The translations under genes were made by a program, and so were the position numbers. From the IMG/VR virus record IMGVR_UViG_3300005466_000024, positions 116,706-180,705 of that record: a DNA stretch of 64,000 nucleotides, one strand, 5' to 3'. Below, piece after piece: positions 36,844-46,270 of the stretch. The notes under the pieces were generated by a model. That model did no database searches and was not told where the DNA came from. It saw only the letters and a list, made by a program, of their open reading frames with translations. The stretch is from a virus. The number at the start of each line of letters is the position of its first letter. Position 1 is the stretch's first letter.

Positions 36844-37029
36844 TCATGTCGGCCGACCCGAGCGCAGCTCGTTGGTGGTGCGGGTCAGATCGTCCCAGTT
36901 GCAGTACTCGATCATGTCGAGGCAGTCGGGGCAGTCGACGTCGTCGCGCCAGGTGGTGGTGTCGCCGTCCTGCTCGCACAGCGCGCCGGGGATCAGGTAA
37001 CCGTCGGGGGCGTGCACGTAGTTGCTCAT
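36844..37029 (-). CDS. small hypothetical protein
   Basis: H..C..CPDC. Confidence 0.5.
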   Translation of the reverse strand: MSNYVHAPDGYLIPGALCEQDGDTTTWRDDVDCPDCLDMIEYCNWDDLTRTTNELRSGRPT

Positions 37030-37241
37030 CTCAGAATCCTCACGTAGGGGCCGCGTACGTTGATGCGCTCGACCTTGCCGGCCAGTTCCCGCATTGCTCG
37101 CCGACGCCAACGCGCCGCTTCGGCGTCGTCCATGCCGAACGTCTGCATCAGCCACGGTTTGATGGCGGTGCGAACTTCCTCGCCGGGTTCGCCGAGCGTG
37201 TCGATGTAGCCGAGGACCGCGGCGACGATATCGGTGCTCAT
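37026..37241 (-). CDS. small hypothetical protein
   Basis: 71-aa ORF. Confidence 0.5.
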   Translation of the reverse strand: MSTDIVAAVLGYIDTLGEPGEEVRTAIKPWLMQTFGMDDAEAARWRRRAMRELAGKVERINVRGPYVRILR

Positions 37242-37412
37242 GTGATCAGTTCCATCCGTTTGCAGGAGGGTTGTTGAAGTGTTGCCTGCAGGCATGGTGG
37301 CCGTCCACCATGCCGACAGCCTTGCGTTGGCACCCATTGGACGCATGCGAGCCCGCCCAACTGCCGGACCTGGCCTGAGACCAGGTTTTCGCTTCGCAAT
37401 ACTTGTCGGGGT

Positions 37413-37652
37413 TCATGGTGTGACTTTCTTAATGCCGGTGTTCAGTACGGTGAGGCGGCCGGTGATGCCGTTGGCCCATTCGACGACCAGGTAGCCGCCC
37501 GCTGAGCTCGTGGGGACATGGCGTTTGACGGTGCCGCGCAACCCGTTCGCACCCTCCAGTTCGGTGCCGTTCGGGTAGTTCCTGCGCACCCATCGTGCCG
37601 CTCTGCTGGTGCGCAGAATGTATTTCTGCTGCGGGGTGTCGGGGTTCGTCAT
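37413..37652 (-). CDS. small SH3-like hypothetical protein
   Basis: GLRGTV..GYLVVEW..G pattern. Confidence 0.55.
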   Translation of the reverse strand: MTNPDTPQQKYILRTSRAARWVRRNYPNGTELEGANGLRGTVKRHVPTSSAGGYLVVEWANGITGRLTVLNTGIKKVTP

Positions 37653-38350
37653 TCGACTGGGTCGATCTTCGCGCGCGTGAGCACCGTTTGGTCCTGTCCG
37701 CGGTAGTTGTCGTGGTCCTTCACGGTGCCGCGAATGCGGACCCGCGTGCCGCGCTCGATGTCGAACAGTGACCGGCCGGTGCCGGTGGCCTTGACCACGT
37801 GGCCGTCATCGAGGGTGACAACGACGAGTGCCTTTCGGTCGTCGGGCCCGTAGCCGCGGTAGGACGGCACATCGAATGACGTCGCCACGGTGACGGCGCC
37901 GGTCACGTCGACCTTCTCGCCGATGCCGGCCACGAACCCGGTCACCATCGCGGTGCGGCGTGCCTGCTCGGCATGCGCGGCGTCCCAGTGCTCGGCGAAC
38001 TCTGCGGCAGCCTGGGCGGCTGCGACCTCGGCGGCCTGGGCGGCTGATTCGGCGCGGATCGCGTCGCCGTATTCGCGCCACACTGCCTCGATCTTGGCGT
38101 CGCGACGCAACGTCTGGACAGCGTTGGACCGGAGGACGGTGCGCGCGCCGAGGCACAGGAAGCAGGTGCCGCGGGCCTCGCCCTGGGAGGTCCACCACAC
38201 GTAGATGCCGGTGCCGCCGCACCGTGGGCAGGACTCGCGCCGGTCGATGCGGTCCTTGCTGCGGCGTCCAGGGTGCGGGTCGACGTAGGTGGTGACGGTG
38301 TAGACGCGGCCGTTGTAGCGTACGGCGGTGGTGTCGGTAGCGTTCGTCAT
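37649..38350 (-). CDS. Zn-finger plus OB-fold-like protein
   Basis: CPRCGG..CFLC; C-terminal RIRGTVKDHDNYRGQDQTVLTR; AGGAGG RBS. Confidence 0.7.
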   Translation of the reverse strand: MTNATDTTAVRYNGRVYTVTTYVDPHPGRRSKDRIDRRESCPRCGGTGIYVWWTSQGEARGTCFLCLGARTVLRSNAVQTLRRDAKIEAVWREYGDAIRAESAAQAAEVAAAQAAAEFAEHWDAAHAEQARRTAMVTGFVAGIGEKVDVTGAVTVATSFDVPSYRGYGPDDRKALVVVTLDDGHVVKATGTGRSLFDIERGTRVRIRGTVKDHDNYRGQDQTVLTRAKIDPVE

Positions 38351-38373
38351 GGTGGCCTCCTACCCAGTTCAAC

Positions 38374-38390
38374 GCTATACCACCACTATA
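38374..38390 (-). promoter_or_regulatory. tandem TATAG motif (TATAGTGGTGGTATAGC)
   Basis: Repeated motif upstream of RBS and ATG. Confidence 0.75.
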
Positions 38391-38404
38391 CCATCCCGGA
38401 CTGT

Positions 38405-38803
38405 CTAGAGTTCGTCTTCGTCCTCGCCCATTTCAAGCACCGGCCGCTGCGGCATGTCGGTGATACCGCACTCCTCCAGCTTGGTTTCCGCCAGCTCGTC
38501 CCACGGCTCGTGATTGCGGATGTACCGCGTCACCCGGCGCCGCCACTTGCGTTCCTTCTCCAGCTCGGTGACCACGGACTGGAACTGCTTCTGCCAGAAC
38601 TCCTGCTGCGCGATGGCCGCCGTGGCGTTGATCTGCGCGGCCTCCGCCGCGATCTTGTTGCGCTGCTCGTCGGTGAGGGTGATGTCACCCTCCTGCTTCC
38701 TGACCGTACGAACACGATCACGAACACTGTTGGCGAACGCGTACACCCCACTGAGTCCCCCACCGATGCCCAGTACGAAACTAACTATCAGCGTCGCGTT
38801 CAT
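38405..38803 (-). CDS. membrane-anchored coiled-coil protein (lysis-cassette-like)
   Basis: N-terminal TM plus coiled coil; function inferred only. Confidence 0.6.
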   Translation of the reverse strand: MNATLIVSFVLGIGGGLSGVYAFANSVRDRVRTVRKQEGDITLTDEQRNKIAAEAAQINATAAIAQQEFWQKQFQSVVTELEKERKWRRRVTRYIRNHEPWDELAETKLEECGITDMPQRPVLEMGEDEDEL

Positions 38804-39341
38804 CCGACAACTCCGCAATCTTGCGCTCGGTGAGGCTCTTCTCCGCACGGTCGATGCGCCGCGACTCCAACCAGTACATGACCCCGTTGAGGCCGATACC
38901 GATGCCCAGGGCGGGTGTCAGGCATACGGAGATGGCGTTCCACACGCTCCCTCCGGCCGCCAGGAACAGGTAGTAGGTGTACACCCCCAATCCGGCAACA
39001 GCGGCCGGCGCCCCGGTGTAACCCCATCGATACGCCTGCTGCAGGTGCCTGACCTTCAAGTACCAGCGGGCGCCCAGGCATGCGCCGTGCAACTTGATGG
39101 CACACCCGATGAAAATGCACGAGCACATCGCAACCTGCATGTTCACGGACATGTTCGCGACAGCGGTCGCCGGTGCCGGGCCACGGAAGATGATCACGAA
39201 CGTGGGCAGCATCAGCCCGACCAGGACGCACAGGTTGGAGGGGATGCGGTCGATGCGCCGCTTGGGTGCGACTTCCTCCCACCACGAATCCAGCAAGGCG
39301 ATGGGGTGCGCCACGGTCCGCGCCCAGCGCTTCACTTTCAC
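38781..39341 (-). CDS. four-TM membrane protein
   Basis: Four hydrophobic segments. Confidence 0.7.
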   Translation of the reverse strand: MKVKRWARTVAHPIALLDSWWEEVAPKRRIDRIPSNLCVLVGLMLPTFVIIFRGPAPATAVANMSVNMQVAMCSCIFIGCAIKLHGACLGARWYLKVRHLQQAYRWGYTGAPAAVAGLGVYTYYLFLAAGGSVWNAISVCLTPALGIGIGLNGVMYWLESRRIDRAEKSLTERKIAELSDERDADS

Positions 39342-39350
39342 CGCGCCCTC

Positions 39351-39611
39351 CTACAGTCCGAGCAGGCTACCGATCGCACCGAGCAACCCACCGCGACCAC
39401 CTCCCCCACCCGGTGTGGCGGTGAACGGGCCCCCATCGATGCGGGCACACTGGTCGCTGTCCCACACATGGGCTTTGCTGATCGGACACTGATATGGTGC
39501 TGGGCCGAGATCGGCCTCGGCCGGCGACGCCATGAACATCATCGCGGCGGCAGCGAAACCGGCCAACGACCTCAGGGCACCGCTATGGTGCGTTGACCCA
39601 GGTCTCATCAC
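39351..39611 (-). CDS. small secreted protein
   Basis: Signal-like AAAMMFMASPAEA-D; start uncertain. Confidence 0.55.
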   Translation of the reverse strand: MMRPGSTHHSGALRSLAGFAAAAMMFMASPAEADLGPAPYQCPISKAHVWDSDQCARIDGGPFTATPGGGGGRGGLLGAIGSLLGL

Positions 39612-39672
39612 ACGTGGGCTTGCGTCTCGGAGTCGGCCGAACCGACTCCCCCAGGATCTCGTGCTCGGCCAT
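39583..39672 (-). CDS. 29-aa small ORF
   Basis: AGGAGGT RBS; MAEHEILGESVRPTPRRKPTCDETWVNAP. Confidence 0.45.
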   Translation of the reverse strand: MAEHEILGESVRPTPRRKPTCDETWVNAP

Positions 39673-39737
39673 GTTTACCTCCTATACGTTCTCGGCCGAG
39701 CAGGTCATCGGGCCCGCTGTATTAGCTCGCACGACAA

Positions 39738-39763
39738 AGCGCCGCACCCATCGGTGCGGCGCT
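39738..39763 (-). terminator. intrinsic terminator
   Basis: 11-bp stem AGCGCCGCACC/GGTGCGGCGCT followed by TTGT on minus strand, just after stop at 39779. Confidence 0.7.
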
Positions 39764-39778
39764 ATCTGTTGAGGTGGG

Positions 39779-39961
39779 CTAAATTCGCCCCGTGGACCTT
39801 GATGAGTTCGGTTGCTGCGCCCAGGCCACCAACCAGTCCCTGAATGCGATCTGCTCCGAGCAGTCCGGCAGTACCGCCAACGATTCCACTGCCTCCAGTG
39901 ACCGCACGGCCTTTGACTGCGGCACCCAGAACACCGGAGAGGACGCCAATGGGTTGATCAC
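39779..39961 (-). CDS. small hypothetical protein
   Basis: GTGA overlap. Confidence 0.5.
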   Translation of the reverse strand: MINPLASSPVFWVPQSKAVRSLEAVESLAVLPDCSEQIAFRDWLVAWAQQPNSSRSTGRI

Positions 39962-40521
39962 GATTTCTCCAATGCCTCGTCGAGTGCCTGCTGGACAGCT
40001 CTCGCCTTCTCGGTGATCACCCGCCAGTCATCGATGTGGATGATGCGGCAGGAGAAGAACATCGGATAGCCGTTGATACTGCGCGGCCCGGCTTTGGCGT
40101 ACTCCTCGAGGATGTTGCCGATCTTGGTGGTGTCCATCCCGGTCAGCCCACCCAACAGCGGCATGAACACGCTGGTGATCATGTCGGGCGGACACTGGGT
40201 GGCGACGAAGTAGCGGTTCTTCACCAGGCCCTCGATGATTTCGTGGATCTCCTCAGGCGTCAGTCTGGGTATCGGACGGGGTGCCTGGGTGTCAGTTCCA
40301 TCGGTCGTGGATGTCGTCGTAGAACTCTCCTGATCGGTGGAAGCTGTAACAGGGGCATCGTCGGCAGAAGAGAACGTGGTAGCTGTGGGTCCACCTCTCG
40401 TGTCCGCAGTGACAGACGTCGAATCCTTCGCCGGGTTCGGGTGGGATGCCGGGGACTCGCCAGGTGTGGTCGTACTCGACGTCTCCGAGGCAGTAGGTGC
40501 AATCCATGGTTCGTCACTCAT
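39958..40521 (-). CDS. hypothetical protein (GPRSINGYPMF motif)
   Basis: C-terminal half coding-like; N-terminal half overlaps another ORF. Confidence 0.6.
   Translation of the reverse strand: MSDEPWIAPTASETSSTTTPGESPASHPNPAKDSTSVTADTRGGPTATTFSSADDAPVTASTDQESSTTTSTTDGTDTQAPRPIPRLTPEEIHEIIEGLVKNRYFVATQCPPDMITSVFMPLLGGLTGMDTTKIGNILEEYAKAGPRSINGYPMFFSCRIIHIDDWRVITEKARAVQQALDEALEKS
40292..40507 (-). CDS. Cys/His-rich protein nested in an alternative frame
   Basis: Strong G/C third-position bias in this frame. Confidence 0.5.
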   Translation of the reverse strand: MDCTYCLGDVEYDHTWRVPGIPPEPGEGFDVCHCGHERWTHSYHVLFCRRCPCYSFHRSGEFYDDIHDRWN

Positions 40522-40922
40522 CAGGTCACCTGCCCTGCTCTCCGCCGTTTCTTGTACCGAGCGGGGATCGGTTGCCCCAGCTCACGCATCTTCGCCCGCC
40601 ACACGTCGTCGTGACCGTGCCCAGTGAGGATGTGGGCGTATTCGTGCCACATCAGGCGCGAGGGCCGTTCCGATTCGCCCCAGGTGCCATCGGTGTTCCT
40701 GCTTGCTGCGAACAGCCGGCGATGACTGCGGACGCAGATCCAGCCCCGGTACGGGTCACCTGCCCGGTCATGGGCATGCGCCTGGTGGCGGAACGACGAC
40801 CCGACGCCGCGCTCGATGCAGCCGCCGACGAACACACCGACGACCTCGGGCCAGTCGAAGGGGCAGTCACGCGTACCCCATTCCTGTTTGGTCTCTTCGG
40901 TTGGCTCAAACAAGCCGTTCAT
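40521..40922 (-). CDS. HExxH metalloprotease-like (SprT-like) protein
   Basis: [27 protein letters not shown]. Confidence 0.75.
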   Translation of the reverse strand: MNGLFEPTEETKQEWGTRDCPFDWPEVVGVFVGGCIERGVGSSFRHQAHAHDRAGDPYRGWICVRSHRRLFAASRNTDGTWGESERPSRLMWHEYAHILTGHGHDDVWRAKMRELGQPIPARYKKRRRAGQVT

Positions 40923-40945
40923 GACCACACCCCTCTTCTCGGCGA

Positions 40946-41140
40946 TCACCCGCCCCTCCCCACTTGCCGTGACGCATGGTTCGGCCTCTTGGTGCACTTT
41001 TTGACGTGACGACAGATGTCGTGCCGACCGATACGGCACTCGACACATGTGCAGGGGCAACGAAATGGCTCTTGCGCCTCGTCGCTGGACAGCATTGGCG
41101 GAAGCGGTAGTCCGTCGTTGTCGAGCAGGTTGTCACGCAT
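40946..41140 (-). CDS. small Cys-rich protein
   Basis: [10 protein letters not shown]. Confidence 0.45.
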   Translation of the reverse strand: MRDNLLDNDGLPLPPMLSSDEAQEPFRCPCTCVECRIGRHDICRHVKKCTKRPNHASRQVGRGG

Positions 41141-41330
41141 GGTCCAACTCTCCAACTTTGTCGCTAGCCACGACCTGCTCGATCTCTCGGCCGTGCTCCT
41201 GCCACGCCTTGACGCAGGCACCACAGCGACACCCATGCTCATCAAAGTTCTCCCACCTGCCGTGCTCGATGCCGGACACAGCTCGCGGAAATCGCCAGTC
41301 CGGGTTCCTAGTGCCATCGATGGGGGTCAT
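41133..41330 (-). CDS. small Zn-finger protein
   Basis: EHG..HGCRCGAC; AGGAG RBS. Confidence 0.55.
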   Translation of the reverse strand: MTPIDGTRNPDWRFPRAVSGIEHGRWENFDEHGCRCGACVKAWQEHGREIEQVVASDKVGELDHA

Positions 41331-41345
41331 GGTCGTCTCCTTTTG

Positions 41346-41483
41346 TCACAAGGATTGGTTCGTGCTGATGGGTGGTGCGGTTGGTGCCGGGGCGGGTACC
41401 AACGCGTGGTGGAGCAGCAGCTGGGCACTGACCAGGGCCGTGATCAGCAGCGCCAGGGTCAGGCCGAACTGCCGGTCGGTCAT
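41346..41483 (-). CDS. small membrane/secreted peptide
   Basis: 45 aa, hydrophobic; downstream of TATAG motif. Confidence 0.5.
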   Translation of the reverse strand: MTDRQFGLTLALLITALVSAQLLLHHALVPAPAPTAPPISTNQSL

Positions 41484-41510
41484 GACTGGTTCACCCCCTC
41501 ACGTGGTTCT

Positions 41511-41527
41511 GCTACACCACCACTATA
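41511..41527 (-). promoter_or_regulatory. tandem TATAG motif (TATAGTGGTGGTGTAGC)
   Basis: Repeated motif. Confidence 0.65.
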
Positions 41528-41542
41528 CCTCATCGGCCAGCA

Positions 41543-42049
41543 TCAGTGCTCGCTCTCGTAGCGGGCCAGCCACGCCATCAGCTCGTCCTCGCTGGGGATG
41601 GCGAACCGTTTCATCAGCCAGCCCAGCTTCAGGTGGTCGCCGGTGTGGATCAGGTCGGTCAGCTCGGCCTTGTGGGAGGCGATGGCGGTCCGCAGTCGAG
41701 CCAACTCGTCGGCCTGCTGACCCAGTAGGCGGCGCCCGGCGTCGCGGCCCTGATTCAGTGGCCCCTGCGGGAAGTAGCCCTTGAAGTCGTGGTTGTCGCC
41801 GCGGAACAACGCATCGATGCGTTTGACGCCGACGAGCTGTTCCAGGGTCCCGTAGGTGCGGGCAGCGAAACCGGCCAGGATGCGGTTGTCGGCGCGCAGC
41901 ACGTTGACGTCACGTTCGGCGCTGTCGGCGCGCCGGATCGCTTCGAAGGCCTTGGCCCAGCCGACCCGGCGGCCGCATTCGATGCCGTGCACCGCCTGCC
42001 CGGCCGACTCGAGGGTGTCCTCCCCGACCAGCACGCCCTTACCGGACAT
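41543..42049 (-). CDS. hypothetical coiled-coil protein
   Basis: 168-aa ORF. Confidence 0.6.
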   Translation of the reverse strand: MSGKGVLVGEDTLESAGQAVHGIECGRRVGWAKAFEAIRRADSAERDVNVLRADNRILAGFAARTYGTLEQLVGVKRIDALFRGDNHDFKGYFPQGPLNQGRDAGRRLLGQQADELARLRTAIASHKAELTDLIHTGDHLKLGWLMKRFAIPSEDELMAWLARYESEH

Positions 42050-42191
42050 GTTTGACCACCGTCCACACACCGGTGTCGGGGTCGACGTCGATGGTGGCGA
42101 CATACCAGGCCACCCCCGGCCCGAACGCCACTTTGGTGGGGGCGACCTCCTCGAGGTAGTTCACGAACTCGCCGACCGTCCCCTCGCTCAT
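42039..42191 (-). CDS. small hypothetical protein
   Basis: ATGA overlap. Confidence 0.45.
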   Translation of the reverse strand: MSEGTVGEFVNYLEEVAPTKVAFGPGVAWYVATIDVDPDTGVWTVVKHVR

Positions 42192-42346
42192 GAGAAGCAC
42201 CCGAAGCCGTGCAGCGGGCACCAGTAACCCCAGCCGGGCACCTCGGCGTACCGGAGCCAGCTGTACGGGCACCAACCTGTACCGATGGGGGCGGGTGTCG
42301 CGGTGATCTCGCGTACCTCGGTGGTGATCGGGTAGGGGCTGTTCAT
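42188..42346 (-). CDS. small hypothetical protein
   Basis: GAGGT RBS. Confidence 0.45.
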   Translation of the reverse strand: MNSPYPITTEVREITATPAPIGTGWCPYSWLRYAEVPGWGYWCPLHGFGCFS

Positions 42347-42380
42347 CGTGGCTACCTCTTGCGGTTGTAGTCCGTTCCGC

Positions 42381-42671
42381 TCATCTGCCACCTTCCCCGA
42401 TGCGCGGATCGGCAGACTCCCACTCTCCGGCGGTGACGGTGACGGTACGCGTCTCGATGGTGATGTGGGAGCACATTCCCTTGGCTTCGGATTCCCGCAG
42501 CAGGGCGATGTGCTCCAGGCCGCGACGTTCACCGTCCTCACCGTCGAATATCCGCTCGACGTGGCTGGTGCCACGCAGCTGCGCCACGGGGTCCTCTGCC
42601 GGGATGTCCCAGCTCACTCGGTAGTGGAGCTGCCAGCCCACCCGATAGTGGACTTGGGTCGTTTCTTTCAC
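42381..42671 (-). CDS. hypothetical protein
   Basis: GTGA overlap. Confidence 0.5.
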   Translation of the reverse strand: MKETTQVHYRVGWQLHYRVSWDIPAEDPVAQLRGTSHVERIFDGEDGERRGLEHIALLRESEAKGMCSHITIETRTVTVTAGEWESADPRIGEGGR

Positions 42672-43081
42672 GGCTTCAGCTCCTCGAGCAGCGGCCCGTG
42701 GACATCGCACCCGGCCGGATCCACCGCGCAGCACGCCGCACGCACCTCATCCTCCTCCATGCGGCGGGCCCGTTCGAGCAGGACATCGACGACCCGCGTC
42801 GCGGTGTCCCCGCCCAGCTCGGTGGCCAACGCCCTCGTCATGGCGTCCCGGTGCGCCACGATCTCCCGATATTCCGTCCCACCCATTCCCATTCCTTTGC
42901 TCCAGAGCACACGTAGCCACCTCCATCCCCGGAGGGGGATGGCACTCTTTTCCCAGTACAGCGGCTTTTCGTCCACGCCGCCCCCACTGGGCGCGCTGTT
43001 TGCTGGCGTGTACCGCATCCGCGGCTGCCGGACCGCCCACTCGTAGTAGGGGTGCGACTGGGGCAGGGTGATGCGGCTCAT
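42668..43081 (-). CDS. hypothetical protein
   Basis: ATGA overlap. Confidence 0.5.
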   Translation of the reverse strand: MSRITLPQSHPYYEWAVRQPRMRYTPANSAPSGGGVDEKPLYWEKSAIPLRGWRWLRVLWSKGMGMGGTEYREIVAHRDAMTRALATELGGDTATRVVDVLLERARRMEEDEVRAACCAVDPAGCDVHGPLLEELKP

Positions 43082-43431
43082 CCCAGTTTCTTCTTGACCC
43101 GGTCGCATGCGGCTTTGAGCCGATCCTGGAAGACAGGGTCGTCCATGTCGCCGGCCACGATCTCGTCGGCGATCATCGCCAACTTGGGTGGCACCGAGCA
43201 ACCGGGTGGCACCACCACGATGATCGGCTTGTCGTACATCACCATGAACCCCAGTTGGGTGGCGTATTCGACGTCGGGTGGACCGTCGAGGGCCAACGCC
43301 ATGAAGCACGCCGACGACAGCATCTGGGGCAGCACGTTGTCGAGATGGTGGCGCACGTAGCGTTCCCACTCCTGGCCCTGGAAGGGATCTGACGGCATGT
43401 CCTTGGGCATACCGTCTCGGCGTCTGCTCAC
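43078..43431 (-). CDS. hypothetical phage protein
   Basis: QLGFMVMYDKPIIVV motif. Confidence 0.65.
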   Translation of the reverse strand: MSRRRDGMPKDMPSDPFQGQEWERYVRHHLDNVLPQMLSSACFMALALDGPPDVEYATQLGFMVMYDKPIIVVVPPGCSVPPKLAMIADEIVAGDMDDPVFQDRLKAACDRVKKKLG

Positions 43432-43441
43432 GGGGTTCCTT

Positions 43442-43771
43442 TCAGAAGGGGGACTGGTGGCTCCGGTCGCCCTGCAGGTGCCGCAGGATCGTCCCGCCCA
43501 CCTTGTCCTGCAGAACCTGATCGTTCCACAGCGTCGGGTAGCGGGTCAGGAAGGCACGCACCTCGTCCTTTACCTCCGCTAATCGTTCGGACTCGCCGGC
43601 CAGCTCCCGCACAGCCTGCGTGACCTGGCGGTCCACGGCGGCACGCAGCGCTGGGCTGTCGCCCAGCGCGCGTCTCACCGCCTCGGTGAGCAGCTGGTCC
43701 CACACGTCGGCGGGCAGCGTGAAGGTGATCAGCTCGGGCGGGTGGAAACCTGGCAGGTCGTCGTCGCTCAT
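43442..43771 (-). CDS. hypothetical protein
   Basis: 109-aa ORF. Confidence 0.6.
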   Translation of the reverse strand: MSDDDLPGFHPPELITFTLPADVWDQLLTEAVRRALGDSPALRAAVDRQVTQAVRELAGESERLAEVKDEVRAFLTRYPTLWNDQVLQDKVGGTILRHLQGDRSHQSPF

Positions 43772-43971
43772 GATGGCTTGCCTCTCGGGCAGGTGCCGTG
43801 GGTTCTGGGTTTACCGTCCTGGCGCAGCGACAGGGGCTTACCGCACCGCGGGCACGGCGCGTGACCCCGCAGGTGCGCGTTCTTCCACGATTTGGGGCCG
43901 TCCACGTCGTACCCGATCGACCCGCACACCACGCACCGGATCCGCGCCCCTTCCCGCACGAACACCGTCAC
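43768..43971 (-). CDS. small Zn-finger protein
   Basis: CVVC..H..CPRC..H..C. Confidence 0.5.
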   Translation of the reverse strand: MTVFVREGARIRCVVCGSIGYDVDGPKSWKNAHLRGHAPCPRCGKPLSLRQDGKPRTHGTCPRGKPS

Positions 43972-44252
43972 GCCGAACACCCGTGCAGCTTGGCCAGCCG
44001 GGCAGGGTCGCCGACCACCCGGTACAGCGCGTTGAGTTCGTCCTTGCGGGCGGTCACCTTCGGCATCATCAACACCCCAGCCCAGATGCCTTCGTGTTCC
44101 CCCCGTTCGAGGGCCTGCACCGCGCACGACACCCGCAGCGGGCAGCTGCGGCACACCGTGATGGCCCGGTTCGCGGTGTCACGCCAGTCACGCTGCTTGC
44201 GGTCCGGGAACCAGTCGTCGGCGTGCACGCCGGCGCAGGGCGGGATACTCAT
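43968..44252 (-). CDS. whiB: WhiB-family transcriptional regulator (divergent)
   Basis: CAG..WFP..VCRSCPLRVSC..GIWAG: four Cys. Confidence 0.85.
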   Translation of the reverse strand: MSIPPCAGVHADDWFPDRKQRDWRDTANRAITVCRSCPLRVSCAVQALERGEHEGIWAGVLMMPKVTARKDELNALYRVVGDPARLAKLHGCSA

Positions 44253-44416
44253 GGCTCGTCCAGGTAGGCCGATGTGAGCACCTTCCCCAACCCGCCTCCG
44301 ACCACGCCGAGCAGCCCGCGGACACCCTCATCGATGTCCGGCACAGCCGATTTTGTCTCCACCAGATCCCGCGCCCGCACAAGGACCGCCAGCTCCTCGG
44401 CCGTCAATGGGATCAC
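44249..44416 (-). CDS. small hypothetical protein
   Basis: Overlaps both neighbours by 4 nt. Confidence 0.45.
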   Translation of the reverse strand: MIPLTAEELAVLVRARDLVETKSAVPDIDEGVRGLLGVVGGGLGKVLTSAYLDEP

Positions 44417-45078
44417 CGCTTACCCATGGAACGTTGGCGGTCCTCCTCGGAGAAACCGGCGGACGCGAAGAACACCGCGTCCGCTCCCCGCAGCCCGCTG
44501 GCGTAATTGCTCACCGACCGGAAGGAATCCGCCACCGCCGCGCTGTCGGCGGCATTGAACGTCATCGACGCGGCCTGCGACACCCCCAGCCGTTCCCCCA
44601 CCTTGACGGCGTCGATGTTCGCGCCGAGGAACACGAACTGCCACTGCCACTGCCGGCGCTGCTGCTCGATCAGATCCCTGACCCGCTCCCCGGTCCATTC
44701 GATGGACGCGTTCTCATGCCCGTCGGTCATGATCAGGCAGATGACCAGGCCGGGCCGCTCCTCGTCGGGCAACTTGGCCAAATCCTCACCGATCCCGGTG
44801 ACGAACTCGCCGACCGCGTCGAGCAGCGGGGTCGTCCCCCGCGGAGACAACACCAGCGGCGGCACCTCCTCGATGGGCCGGTTGCGGTACACGAACTCGG
44901 TGGCCAGTGTGCACCCGGCGTGCCTGTCGAACTGGGCCAACGTCACGATGGTGCGGCCCGGCTCCTGCTTCTGCCCGTTGATGAATTCGTTGAAACCGTC
45001 CTCGGTGGCCCGTCTGCAGGTCGCCATCGAACCGGTACGGTCCAGCAGCGCCGCAGTCAGCGTCAAATCCTTGTTCAC
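44413..45078 (-). CDS. vWA domain protein
   Basis: LLDRTGSM, TPLLDA, IMTDGHENAS (MIDAS). Confidence 0.85.
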   Translation of the reverse strand: MNKDLTLTAALLDRTGSMATCRRATEDGFNEFINGQKQEPGRTIVTLAQFDRHAGCTLATEFVYRNRPIEEVPPLVLSPRGTTPLLDAVGEFVTGIGEDLAKLPDEERPGLVICLIMTDGHENASIEWTGERVRDLIEQQRRQWQWQFVFLGANIDAVKVGERLGVSQAASMTFNAADSAAVADSFRSVSNYASGLRGADAVFFASAGFSEEDRQRSMGKR

Positions 45079-45131
45079 CACGCGTTTTCTCCATTCTTGT
45101 GTTGCGCGCGCCCGGCGGGCGCGCGATCCGT

Positions 45132-45599
45132 TCATGACTGCTGCAGGGTGATCACCGCGTAGCCGCCGCTGTTGACCACGGTGAGCGGCGGTTCGATCGG
45201 GATCACCACCCGACCGTCCAGCACCACCCTGTCGTAGTGACCCGGCCCCACCGCCACGGTGACGGCATGAGGGTAGGACCGGGGTGGGTTGCGGGTCAGG
45301 TCCACGAAGATGTACGGCGATTCGGCCACACCGGGCCCGGCGGCCAGGGTGGCGTGGAGGTGGCCGCACACCTGCGCGGTGAACACCGGCTGCCCGCACT
45401 GCGCGCACAACGCCACCGGGACATCGCTTGGGGGGCTGGCGGGGCGGGGCGCGACGGGAGTCGGGCCGCGGCGGCGGTACATCTGCTGCAGCTCATGCGT
45501 ATACCCCCACTCGCCGCCCTTCAACTGCCAGTCGACGACCTCCTCGACCTGCTCCTCGGTGAGCGCGTCGATGCTCTCGATCAGGTCGTCGAATTTCAC
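45132..45599 (-). CDS. hypothetical protein
   Basis: GTGA overlap; CAQCG. Confidence 0.55.
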   Translation of the reverse strand: MKFDDLIESIDALTEEQVEEVVDWQLKGGEWGYTHELQQMYRRRGPTPVAPRPASPPSDVPVALCAQCGQPVFTAQVCGHLHATLAAGPGVAESPYIFVDLTRNPPRSYPHAVTVAVGPGHYDRVVLDGRVVIPIEPPLTVVNSGGYAVITLQQS

Positions 45600-46270
45600 A
45601 GCCACCGCAGTGTGTCGCGGACGGCCAGCTTTCCTCCCGGGGTGGCGAGATCGAGGAGGTACTTCCACTTGCTCACGTCGAGGCGCGCCCCGAGACGACA
45701 TGCGTCCTGCAGCCGCAGGTACGGCTCGAAATGGTAGGCCTCGAGCATGTCGCTCAACGCCACATAGTGCCGGGCGTCGGGGCACTGGGCCCGATAGGTG
45801 CCCAGTGCATTGGGGTGATCGCACCAGTAGGCGACGACACGGCCCGCCGAGGTGCGCAACGCGTCGTCACCGATGATGGTGGGCCCTTCGGCGGCGAACA
45901 CCGCCACCGACTCCCGGGCATCAGCGGGATACTGCCGGACCAGATGCGACAACTGCAGGGTGCCGTACAGGCCGCAACAGCAACCGTCGCCCGGCGGAGA
46001 AGCACACGGATGGTCGGTGAGACATTCGGCGATCGCCACCCCACCCGTCCAACTGAAGTTCCTCTTGACCACCGACCCGAGCCGGCCCGCGACGAGGCTG
46101 CGCACATCGAACGTTCTCAGAGCGTATCGGCCGATCTCGATGTCGATCTGCCGCGGATACGGCGACGACGGGTAGTGCGTCCCGGCCGCCGACCGCCGCG
46201 CCCGCCACATGATGCAGCCCGCACACACACAAATCTCGACGTCGATCTTGGTGTTGTAGCAGCAGATCAT
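45596..46270 (-). CDS. hypothetical protein with HP..CCCGLYG motif
   Basis: RTF, W.GG..A.C, H..P..CCCGLYG. Confidence 0.7.
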   Translation of the reverse strand: MICCYNTKIDVEICVCAGCIMWRARRSAAGTHYPSSPYPRQIDIEIGRYALRTFDVRSLVAGRLGSVVKRNFSWTGGVAIAECLTDHPCASPPGDGCCCGLYGTLQLSHLVRQYPADARESVAVFAAEGPTIIGDDALRTSAGRVVAYWCDHPNALGTYRAQCPDARHYVALSDMLEAYHFEPYLRLQDACRLGARLDVSKWKYLLDLATPGGKLAVRDTLRWL

